This document shows, piece after piece, positions 45,601 through 52,750 of a stretch of 64,000 nucleotides of DNA. Below the pieces are notes generated by a model. That model had not been told where the DNA came from and did no database searches. It was given only the letters and a program-made list of their open reading frames with translations. Numbering within the stretch: position 1 is the stretch's first letter; each line of letters begins with the position of its first letter. Source of the stretch: Obrimoposthia wandeli (taxonomy: Eukaryota); contig CDROCS010000907.1 of the NCBI GenBank assembly GCA_977020255.1, forward strand, positions 62,001-126,000. Reading direction: 5' to 3'. The position numbers were made by a program, and so were the translations under genes.

Positions 45601-47075
45601 TCTCAATAAAGTCCCAGTTGAATTTACCAGGATTTTACATCTTGGTATTCGTGTACGTAACAAAATAAAATAAAGAGAAAAAATGTGATTTACTATTACG
45701 ACTCCCTGAAAAGGCAGCACAAATGTAATAGATTCCAAAATAGAATTCATATTTCTAAAGATTGTTTGAATGTTTATAGTGTTTGGATGTTTTTTCAGAA
45801 CAAAATTGGTGACTCAAATATTAATCTTGATATAGTGCCACTCGTGAATTTTTTTTTCAGAAAGTAGTGATTGCGAGATTGTGAGTTATTTTCTACCCTT
45901 ACAGCACTGGGAATGCGAAAACGCGCGCCAGACGGCTCCATTGTTGTGGATCGCAAGGGCCTCGAGGGTCTGATTTTCTCGGCTAGGCCAGGACCTGTTG
46001 ACGACTCGAACAGCGATGACTTCGAGGGTGAGTAGTTGCGTGGCTCTCTGTTGATGGCGATAAGTCAGCGAATGGCCATTTGTTATATTTCATAAATTTG
46101 ATATTTTTAGAGTTGGGAAAATTAGGTGGAACATGATAAAATTAACCTCTAAACACATTTCATAAAAAATTATGCCTCTAACATTTAGCTAGCAAAGCTT
46201 ATAGTCATTGTAAGATCAATTGTACGACAGTTTTCTTCTCATAGATTTGAATATCATTCTGATAATGGTAAGAGTCATTAGGGAATGTTTAAAATCTCGT
46301 TGATTTTATTCGGAGATTAGGCAACGTGAATGAGAAAATTTTATTGGATACATTATTGTTCAATCAATTCTGAGTGTCGAGATCGGAGTTGCAACCAAAA
46401 ATATTTATCCTCCTATTCCATTGAAGATTAGACATAGGTATAAAGTGCCTGAATCGAATGATGTGCTAAGTAAGTGGTGTAAAAGTCAGTTTGATTATCT
46501 TTATAGCATGTGAATTCCATCTGTTTATAAACATGTTTAACAAACCGCGAATAATGATAAAAGTTAAATATTGTTGATTTTTCATTAAAATTATTATTTT
46601 GCATTCTAAAACAAATAATTAATTATCCATTATTTATAAATCTTCTATCGCTACAACAATTTAACATAAGTTATATACTTATATACTATAATATTTATTT
46701 TGAAAATGTTCTATGGGTTGTTTGGTTGGAATAGCAACGATTGTAGTTTAATATGAGCTTATTGTTTAGTATTTTCCTCTTGTTTATAAAACGTTGTAAA
46801 AATTGAACTAATGCACAGTGATTCAAAATAATTGTCACAACTTCGATTCCCGACAATAGTAGTAATAAGCCAATGAAACTCTTGCGACAGAAGACGAACG
46901 GGCTGGAGCCAATGTGCGGGCTATGGACGTGATGACCCACATCCAGAACAAGCTGGAGGGCAAGGAGGCAGGCAGCATTCTCAGCGCCGAGGATCATGTG
47001 GATATGCTCATCAAACAGGCTACATCCAACTACAATCTTTGTCAAATGTACTTCGGTTGGTGTGCCTTCTGGTGA
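547..47075 (+). CDS. mTOR: Serine/threonine kinase TOR (mTOR), multi-exon gene, 5' end outside window
   Basis: Spliced translation matches TOR throughout: HEAT repeats, FAT, FRB ([17 protein letters not shown]...DLTQAW), kinase ([35 protein letters not shown]) and FATC ending [15 protein letters not shown]. Splice phases are consistent from exon to exon; summed exons are about 9.1 kb. Confidence 0.98.
767..996 (+). CDS. mTOR: mTOR exon
   Basis: ctgcag|..|gtaagt; [10 protein letters not shown]...EAQKIAA aligns with TOR N-terminal HEATs (EGRRHAA equivalent). Confidence 0.85.
2514..2615 (+). CDS. mTOR: mTOR exon
   Basis: cacag|..|gtgaga; [18 protein letters not shown]...IRDKQ resembles VLVLRELAISVPTFFFQQ...WDPKQ. 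Confidence 0.88.
3369..3755 (+). CDS. mTOR: mTOR exon (with Q/A/S-rich insertion)
   Basis: tttag|[11 protein letters not shown]...ANCIPH|gtgagt; phase 0-0. Confidence 0.88.
4826..4954 (+). CDS. mTOR: mTOR exon (absent from ORF track)
   Basis: ttcag|[43 protein letters not shown]|gttagt, resembles RIHGALLILNELVRIS. Confidence 0.9.
6181..6570. repeat. Truncated tandem copy of the MITE (left TIR plus about 390 bp)
   Basis: Near-identical to 6576-6990; explains the duplicated ORFs 6289 and 6684. Confidence 0.9.
6576..7045. mobile_element. MITE with 22-bp perfect TIRs
   Basis: GGCAGTATTCGACCGTTTTCCT at 6576 and its exact reverse complement at 7024-7045; AT-rich non-coding interior. Confidence 0.8.
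8021..9044 (+). mobile_element. Internally deleted Tigger/pogo (Tc1-mariner) DNA transposon
   Basis: TA|CATTAAAAGATACGGATAACTCG ... CGAGTTATCTGTCTTTACTG|TA imperfect TIRs with TA TSD; decayed CENP-B HTH/DDE motifs ([32 protein letters not shown]). Confidence 0.8.
9618..9809 (+). CDS. mTOR: mTOR exon
   Basis: gttag|PNLLQP...[12 protein letters not shown]|gtattc, resembles CCRDLMEEKFDQ. Confidence 0.85.
11125..11447 (+). CDS. mTOR: mTOR exon
   Basis: gcag|[12 protein letters not shown]...LPNKDVSA(K)|gtcagt; phase 2 end. Confidence 0.92.
12866..13058 (+). CDS. mTOR: mTOR exon
   Basis: aacag|[11 protein letters not shown]...QQLTGDIH|gtgagt, resembles QLKKDIQ. Confidence 0.92.
13311..14008. repeat. 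Near-perfect direct tandem duplication, period 352 bp
   Basis: 13311-13656 is repeated at 13663-14008. Confidence 0.92.
14400..14560 (+). mobile_element. Fragment of non-LTR (CR1/L2-like) reverse transcriptase C-terminus
   Basis: [16 protein letters not shown] resembles the LINE motif M.FN..KC.VMH.G. Confidence 0.4.
16288..16549 (+). CDS. mTOR: mTOR exon
   Basis: gtcag|[11 protein letters not shown]...[12 protein letters not shown]|gtgagt, resembles LALRTLGSFEF. Confidence 0.93.
17697..17824 (+). CDS. mTOR: mTOR exon
   Basis: ttgcag|HNLSLFVRF...[20 protein letters not shown]|gtaagc. Confidence 0.93.
17957..19508 (-). mobile_element. Internally deleted piggyBac transposon
   Basis: TTAA|CCCATTAACCGCC ... 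GGTGGTAAATGGG|TTAA; minus-strand ORFs 18710-19141 ([30 protein letters not shown]) and 18410-18703 (C-terminal Cys-rich domain CRQC..CKGC...H.KCF). Confidence 0.92.
20065..21342 (-). mobile_element. Merlin (IS1016/ISXO2-like) transposon, decayed transposase
   Basis: 8-bp TSD AAAATTTG (20057-20064 and 21343-21350); GG-initiated TIRs with GTCTGAGTTACCCC; N-terminal Cys finger (20859-21110), [33 protein letters not shown]. Confidence 0.92.
21681..21774 (+). CDS. mTOR: mTOR exon
   Basis: ctgcag|[31 protein letters not shown]|gtaagt. Confidence 0.93.
22330..23305 (+). mobile_element. Truncated pogo-like (POGK-type DDE) transposon
   Basis: Decayed motifs PLTFD, V.TTG.K.RFT..LSC, KLKPPVI, W.KRP; right terminus GTGTATTATACACGAAGTTTTACGG|TA. 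Confidence 0.65.
23720..23925 (+). CDS. mTOR: mTOR exon
   Basis: cacag|[21 protein letters not shown]...RQILLQ|gtttgt. Confidence 0.95.
24000..24650 (+). CDS. mTOR: mTOR exon (with S/V-rich insertion)
   Basis: ctcag|[21 protein letters not shown]...[14 protein letters not shown]...IRRE|gtacgc. Confidence 0.95.
24664..24830. repeat. Degenerate ~16-bp minisatellite (CCTCGATATGACACAA-like)
   Basis: About ten diverged units starting just after the donor of exon 24000-24650. Confidence 0.75.
24958..25087 (+). CDS. mTOR: mTOR exon
   Basis: ttcag|[17 protein letters not shown]...DKKE|gtgagt. Confidence 0.95.
25315..25559 (+). CDS. mTOR: mTOR exon
   Basis: cgcag|[11 protein letters not shown]...[13 protein letters not shown]...DSR|gtaaga. 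Confidence 0.95.
26731..26985 (+). CDS. mTOR: mTOR exon
   Basis: accag|[11 protein letters not shown]...QTVIK|gtgggt. Confidence 0.92.
28412..28918 (+). CDS. mTOR: mTOR exon
   Basis: accag|[26 protein letters not shown]...ITVTNK|gtaact. Confidence 0.9.
29018..29536 (+). CDS. mTOR: mTOR exon (HEAT to FAT transition)
   Basis: ttcag|VLKAHF...[10 protein letters not shown]...[10 protein letters not shown]...[12 protein letters not shown]|gtgagt. Confidence 0.92.
29666..29896 (+). CDS. mTOR: mTOR exon (FAT)
   Basis: cgcag|MKLPIS...[12 protein letters not shown]...[13 protein letters not shown]...DKL|gtgagt. Confidence 0.95.
30044..30502 (+). CDS. mTOR: mTOR exon (FAT)
   Basis: gtgcag|[13 protein letters not shown]...[13 protein letters not shown]...[10 protein letters not shown]|gtgagt. 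Confidence 0.95.
30540..30820. repeat. Low-complexity (CACT/ACTC)n-rich repeat filling most of an intron
   Basis: Many actc/cact/tact units. Confidence 0.8.
30845..31168 (+). CDS. mTOR: mTOR exon (FAT)
   Basis: tgtag|[19 protein letters not shown]...[13 protein letters not shown]...EAMR|gtgaga. Confidence 0.95.
31440..31627 (+). CDS. mTOR: mTOR exon (FAT)
   Basis: attag|[14 protein letters not shown]...RLLFA(K)|gtaagc. Confidence 0.92.
31714..32257 (+). CDS. mTOR: mTOR exon (FAT, with Q/P-rich insertion)
   Basis: accag|CTLKLGQW...[11 protein letters not shown]...HSQQQ|gtttgt. Confidence 0.92.
33620..33973 (+). CDS. mTOR: mTOR exon (FAT)
   Basis: ttcag|LQSVSPG...[12 protein letters not shown]...[16 protein letters not shown]...IRE|gtcagt (alternative acceptor possible at 33626). 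Confidence 0.9.
34023..34169 (+). CDS. mTOR: mTOR exon (FAT)
   Basis: ctgcag|[26 protein letters not shown]...ERHPQ|gtttgt, after a 49-nt intron. Confidence 0.96.
35278..35403 (+). CDS. mTOR: mTOR exon (FAT end)
   Basis: ctgcag|[42 protein letters not shown]|gtttgc. Confidence 0.95.
36022..36318 (+). CDS. mTOR: mTOR exon (FRB rapamycin-binding domain)
   Basis: tttag|[28 protein letters not shown]...[15 protein letters not shown]|gtcaga. Confidence 0.97.
37280..37720 (-). mobile_element. Tigger-like DDE transposase remnant
   Basis: Minus-strand IVQFLP...[13 protein letters not shown]...[12 protein letters not shown] resembles the DDE_1 C-terminus. Confidence 0.55.
38014..38372 (+). CDS. mTOR: mTOR exon (kinase N-lobe)
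   Basis: gtgcag|WSKQISNV...SKQHPRKL...[22 protein letters not shown]...RNL(S)|gtgagt. Confidence 0.97.
38825..39180 (+). mobile_element. Chapaev3-like (CMC) transposase N-terminal remnant; family assignment tentative
   Basis: NHPD.FCYYCG...[33 protein letters not shown], a Cys-rich N-terminal domain with frameshifts. Confidence 0.5.
39805..40075 (+). CDS. mTOR: mTOR exon (kinase hinge and LST8-binding element)
   Basis: gtgcag|[25 protein letters not shown]...LWLKSHNSE|gtgaga. Confidence 0.97.
40300..40382 (+). CDS. mTOR: mTOR exon (catalytic loop start)
   Basis: tttag|[27 protein letters not shown](R)|gtgagt. Confidence 0.97.
40987..41422 (+). CDS. mTOR: mTOR exon (catalytic and activation loops)
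   Basis: cacag|[25 protein letters not shown]...VPFRLTRML...[12 protein letters not shown]...NTNS|gtgagt. Confidence 0.97.
42279..42293 (+). CDS. mTOR: Possible 15-nt mTOR micro-exon (NIADE)
   Basis: ttaactgac branch-like motif, then gacag|aatattgcagatgag|gtatat; phase 0-0 fits its neighbours. Confidence 0.3.
42790..43153 (+). CDS. mTOR: mTOR exon (expanded regulatory insert; acceptor position uncertain)
   Basis: GC-rich open frame [10 protein letters not shown]...GCYNT; phase-1 donor g|gtatgc matches exon 45905. The only nearby phase-0 acceptor is a weak aagtag at 42789. Confidence 0.7.
45905..46027 (+). CDS. mTOR: mTOR exon (regulatory insert)
   Basis: ttacag|[40 protein letters not shown]|gtgagt; phase 1-1. 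Confidence 0.85.
46891..47075 (+). CDS. mTOR: mTOR terminal exon (FATC)
   Basis: gacag|...[20 protein letters not shown]...[25 protein letters not shown]. Confidence 0.97.
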
Positions 47076-47705
47076 CCTTCAGTGCGTTTCTGTTACCTTG
47101 GTATGCGAGATCACCTTGACTAGAATATTTTGGTTGACCTTTGCTTGAATTTTTTTGTTCTTTACTTTGCTTTGGTCCTCATGCTGTTGATTGGTACTCC
47201 AGTCTACATTTGTGGGCGTTTTTGATTGTGAAAACAGATTTTTCGTAACATTAAGGTTGATGTGAGAATTGGCTTCTGTGGACAAAATTGTGAAGTAACA
47301 TGAAGGGGAGTCCAATATTTTGATTTCTATTTGGAAACTCCCCTACAAGGTCCGATGTGAGGGCTCTTCTAACGTCAACTTTGCTGGGTCCCTCTTGGCT
47401 TAATTGTATATTAGTAATTTGGTTCTATACGAACGATCTTCAAGTTTCAGCCCTGAATGCTGTAATCCAAAATACACAACAATGTTTGTACATTTCCCCT
47501 TGTCTGTTTGTGAGTGAGAGAAAATTCGATTTTGATTCGTGTATTTGTATCGCTGTATTAGGATAATTTCTGTGATTCTTGATTTTGTGTACTGTAAGAA
47601 CGCTATGTAGCAAAAAGAGTAGCACGCTATTTCTATAATATAATTTTGATACTCTGGTTCAATTTCTATCCCAAACCCATATTCGTAGATGTCAGATTAG
47701 TTCAT

Positions 47706-47711
47706 AATAAA
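47706..47711 (+). terminator. Candidate mTOR polyadenylation signal AATAAA
   Basis: First clear AATAAA, about 630 nt after the stop codon, followed by an AT/GT-rich stretch. Confidence 0.35.
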
Positions 47712-49110
47712 TACATGTAATAGTTATATTGTACAGTCATGAATTGTATTCATTACACATAAATTAAAATGTTAAAAATCTATGTATCTTTAAAAATACT
47801 GCGTTTGACTAAAATCCATAATAATTATAACTTTTAGGAAGGTTCATTTTCGACACTGCCTATTAATTTTATTATCACCTTATTTTATACTTTTTCTGAA
47901 TAAACTTATATATTATTAAAACTAGAAATGGTCATACTTATGTACAACTTATATTTGGTATCCATTTTCTTAGATTGTGTCAAATTTTTGTAGTGGAGCA
48001 TATTCCTGATACAAGAGTGTGTTTCGCAAGACGAGAATTTTAAAATAATATTATTTGACACGTCTTTTTGAGTTGTTCAATGTTAAATTAATGTAAACAA
48101 ATTCTCTATGATTTCTCATTAATTATTTCAATTTACCGCTTTTGTCGTGCTGTATTAACATAACGAATCGCCGTCTTCAGTTATTTGAAGCGTTTTTGAC
48201 TCATGCAATCACAGAAATAAAGCACGAAAAAAGGTAAAATTTAAATATATACTCAAAAAATATATAACAAACGACGGTGTTGAACGGCAAAAGGGATAGC
48301 ATCAGTTTTTCAATGCGAAATTGATATCGGAATAAGAAACAAAATGCACAAACACAGGCATTAATTCATTCTAGAGGAGTAATCAAAGGATCACCAGGAA
48401 TGTAGAAGATTATCGCTAAAGTTATATTTTTTGAAAGAGTTGTCTTGCTTAATCGACCAAATGGGGAGAACTATTTTATGCACAGACCCATTTCTTAGCT
48501 ACTAGTCGAAAAACATGGCACGATGCATATATTTTAACGAATTATTTGGAGATTGAAAAAGGAACAACAATTCAATAAAACACCACCAACGTGAAGCACT
48601 TCCGAGACCGTTCATATTAAGATTAAACATTTCAAACACCAGAATTACAAAATAGTAACACATTAGATTTTGACTATAGTGACGATATTCCAGAATAAGA
48701 AATTGCCAGAATAAAAGATATCGCTGTAGTTAGAGGATATATTTGAAGTAATGCAAGAAATAAAAGAATGTGACGAACAATATTGGAAACTGACTATTAA
48801 ACATACAAAACTTATAATATTAGCTAAAAGAGAACTTTTTGTTATAAAACAATGATAATATGTCATAAATGACACAATTGTAAAAAGAAACGGCAAATTA
48901 ATCACACATACTTGAGTTACTTGGACAATTCTGGAATGATTCCGCATCATAATCATTAAGCTGCAAAAAAGTTTGAAAATGGAATTAACAAACAAATTCT
49001 TATCGCGTAATTTAGTATTCAACTATACATTTTGGAGTAAACATGATACGCCGAGAAGGGAATATAATTGAAGCACAACAAACAGCAGATATTATTGGAG
49101 TAAATAATTT

Positions 49111-52100
49111 TTGTCGATTTGTCGAAGAATAATAGATCGACAAGTGAGAAACATTAGATTTCACTATCCAAACAAAGGAAGTGGACCGACAGAGTGTAAT
49201 AATTCGATAAATACAATATACCATATGGGAAATATAAATGGAGCGCAGCGACCAGCAGCTATCATTAGAGTAAATAATTTAAGAGTAAAAGCCTTAATTG
49301 ATACAGGTGCTGTAGCTTCGATAGTAAGTGAAGACTGTTTGACAGAGGAACAGAAACGAACAATGGCAGAACCAGATGAATTCTTGGTATCGGTCAATGG
49401 AGACCCTGTTAAAGTGACGGGAATATTACCATGTACATTTATAATTGGGCGTAACACGATCACTATACCAGTTAGAATCATGAAAGAATGTCCTGAACCT
49501 ACAATTTTAGGAATGGATGTACTATCACAACTTAAAGGGATAAGTATTGATTTACAAGATCCAAGATTGAAGGATAGCACATCAAACAGACAAATAAACC
49601 AAATTGATGTAATTATAGAGAATCCTATAAAAATCGGTAAAAGATCACAATTTCTCATTCAAGGTCACACATTATCAGAAGATAAAGGACCAGTTGTGTT
49701 CGAACCATCACGAGATTTCATAGAGAAATACGAATTACCAGTTGTGAGTACAGTATGTCTGATCGAAAACCACAAAATACCAGTTAGACTGATGAATACA
49801 ACCAACAATGACATTCTATTATACAGAGGAATGAGGTTGGGAAAGATAGCACAGATGGAGAATCCCACCGTGTGTGCTATGAAACTCGATAAAGATACGA
49901 ATGATTATGAAGAAATAGTAATCCAATCAGAAAGACTGACAACTAGAGAAAAGAAACAATTACTTGATCTATTACATAAATTTCCGAAAGTAATTGCAAA
50001 AAATCCATATGACATAGGAGAAACACCTGTCATAAAACATACAATACCACTGACAGAAGACAAAGTAGTCAGAAGAAGACCATATCGAGTACCATTACAA
50101 TTACAAGATGAAGTAAAAAGTCAGATCGAAGATATGTCTAAAACAGGAGTAATTAGACCGAGTTTTTCGCCATTCTCAGCACCTGTGGTGTTGGTAAAAA
50201 AGAAGGATGGGAAAATGAGATTCTGTATAGATTTCAGAGAACTGAACAAGATCACAAGAAAAGATGTGTATCCATTACCTAGAATCGAAGAGATGCTCGA
50301 TAAATTGGGTAATTCAGATTATTTTACGACATTGGATTTGCAGAGTGGATACTGGCAAATCGAGATAGAGGAAGAGGATAAACACAAAACAGCCTTTTCC
50401 TGCGGAGATGGATTATACGAATGCGAAAAGATGCCATTCGGACTGACAGGAGCTCCAGCAACATTTCAGCGTTGCATGAATTTTGTGCTAACATCGTGTG
50501 CAAACACGATGGTTTATATTGATGATATCATAATATTTTCTAAGACGTTCGAGGAACACCTAAAAGACCTTGAAGTTGTATTTAAAAGACTGGAAAATGC
50601 TAAATTAAAAGTTAAACCTACAAAATGCGAACAGGCTAAGGAGCGAGTAAAATTTTTAGGACATATAGTATCGAAAGAAGGTATCCGACCTGATCCAGCA
50701 AAGATCGAGAAAGTAAAAGCGCATCCAGCGCCAAAGACTGTTAAGGAAATACAGAGTTTTTGGGTCTTGCGAACTATTATAGACGATTTGTTGAACAATT
50801 TTCAGATATAGCAACACCATTGAGAAAGTTGACGAGGAAAGATGAGAAGTTCATATGGGAAAAAGAAGCACAACAAGCGTTCGAGCGGATTAAGGAAAGA
50901 CTGATAAAAGCACCAATATTAGCGTTTCCAGATATAAACCGACAATTCATACTAATGACAGATGCAAGTAACTATGCTGTAGGAGCAGTATTGGGACAAG
51001 AGGATGACAAAGGAAGAGAACACGTCATCGCATATGGAGTAGAGGGTTAAACAGAGCAGAAAGAGGATACTCTGTTATTGAGAAGGAATGTCTAGCCATA
51101 GTATATTCATGTAGACAGTACAGACACTACTTGCTAGGACAAAACGTATTCCTGTATACAGATCACAAACCACTACAGTTCTTGTATAAACATAGAGACG
51201 AGATGAGTAGATTAAACAGATGGTTTCTGAAATTGGCCGAATTTGATCTAGAAATCCGTTATAGAACCGGAAAGTCGAAGGGCAACGCAGATTGTTTGTC
51301 GAGATTGATAAATGTAGACGAGAAAGGAAACATAATTCCAGAAGAAAGTCAAGATGAAGTCAGTGACCAAAAAGGAGAAGCAAATCTACTAACGATTTTG
51401 CTGAAGACGGGTAAAATAGAAAAAGAGATCACCAAGGAACAGAAAGAAGATGAAGAACTGAGTCTAATCAAAGAACTGTTAGTGAAAGGAGATCTAAATG
51501 ATGAAATGACGAAAAATACTCGATGAAAAAAGGAATCTTGTATATTGTCAACAATGTCGGAAAGATAGTAGTAGTAATTCCGAAGTCATTGAAAACAGCA
51601 GTGAAGATCCAGTATCACGATGGAACACTGGGAGGACATCTGTCAGGACGAAAGACAATAGCCAGAATCAAAGAGAAGTACCATTGGGATGGTATGGAAG
51701 ATGACATAAAACTATGGTGAAAACAATGTAAAGTATGTTTAACCAGAAAAGACACTGGAACTCGTACTAAAGTTCCACTGAAACCGATGCCAGTTCCTTT
51801 GGCACAAATGGAATTCACAGCGATGGATATATTGGGATCATTGAGAGAATCGAGTAAAGGAAACAAGTACGTCATAGTATTTACGGACTACATGACGAGA
51901 TGGGTAGAAGCATACCCCATGCAAAACCAGAAGGCTGAAACAATAGCGCAGATCTTAGTGGAAGAGATAATATTTCGATACGGAGTGCCTAGAAAGTTAA
52001 TAACGGATCAAGGCAAGAATTTCACTGGAGAAGTAATAAAAGCAGTATCAAAGATATTTGGAATCATCTTCATTCTTCACCATATCACCCACAAACCGAT

Positions 52101-52745
52101 GGTCTAGTAGAAAGGTTTAATAAAACTTTATGTATCATGGTACAATCTTATTGCTCCGATAAGCAAGAGGATTGGGATAAGTATTTACCTTCATGTTTAT
52201 ATGCTTACAGGAATTCAGTTCGAGAGGCGACGGGTCACACACCATTCTATCTGATGTATCTCAGACAGAACAATATGCCAATGGATCTGGAGTGAACCGA
52301 ACCAACATATCAGTACCTAGAAACTGAACAATACATTGTCGTCATGAAGGAAAGACTACAAGATGCTTAAACTAAAGCAAAATTGAAATTGAAATTCAAT
52401 CAAGAAGGTTACAAGGAACAATATGACAAAAAGGCAAAACCACATGAATTTAGAATCGGAGATCAAGTGATGATATTTTACCCAGTCATCGAACCAGGTC
52501 TATCGTTTAAACTTCACAGACCATACAAAGTACCATACAAGGTGATACAGACAATTTCAACGAACTTGAAAGTAATCAACGAGGAGAACCGGAACAAGGA
52601 AACAATGATTGTACATGCGAATCGATGTAAACTGGTACCGAATAAAGATAATGCGTCACGATATGAGCTAAGATCACAGAAATTGAAGCTGAATACCAAT
52701 ACTATTAAACTTACACGAATGATCGAAGTGATCGAAACTACATAA
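49111..52745 (+). pseudogene. pol: Ty3/gypsy pol (protease-RT-RNase H-integrase), disrupted
   Basis: LIDTGA protease; RT (PFSAPVVLVKKKDGKMRFCIDFRELN, LDLQSGYWQ, MPFGL, YIDD); RNase H (LMTDASNYAVGAVLGQ); integrase HHCC (GGHLS...C..C), core (FTDYMTRW, LITDQGKNF) and GPY/F-like tail. Gypsy domain order; frameshifts near 50760, 51050, 51520 and 52100. Confidence 0.95.
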
Positions 52746-52750
52746 ATACG

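Noticed and set aside
48180-48660. Possible hAT (Buster-like) transposase remnant
   Set aside because: Only vague motif resemblance; no TIR or TSD found.
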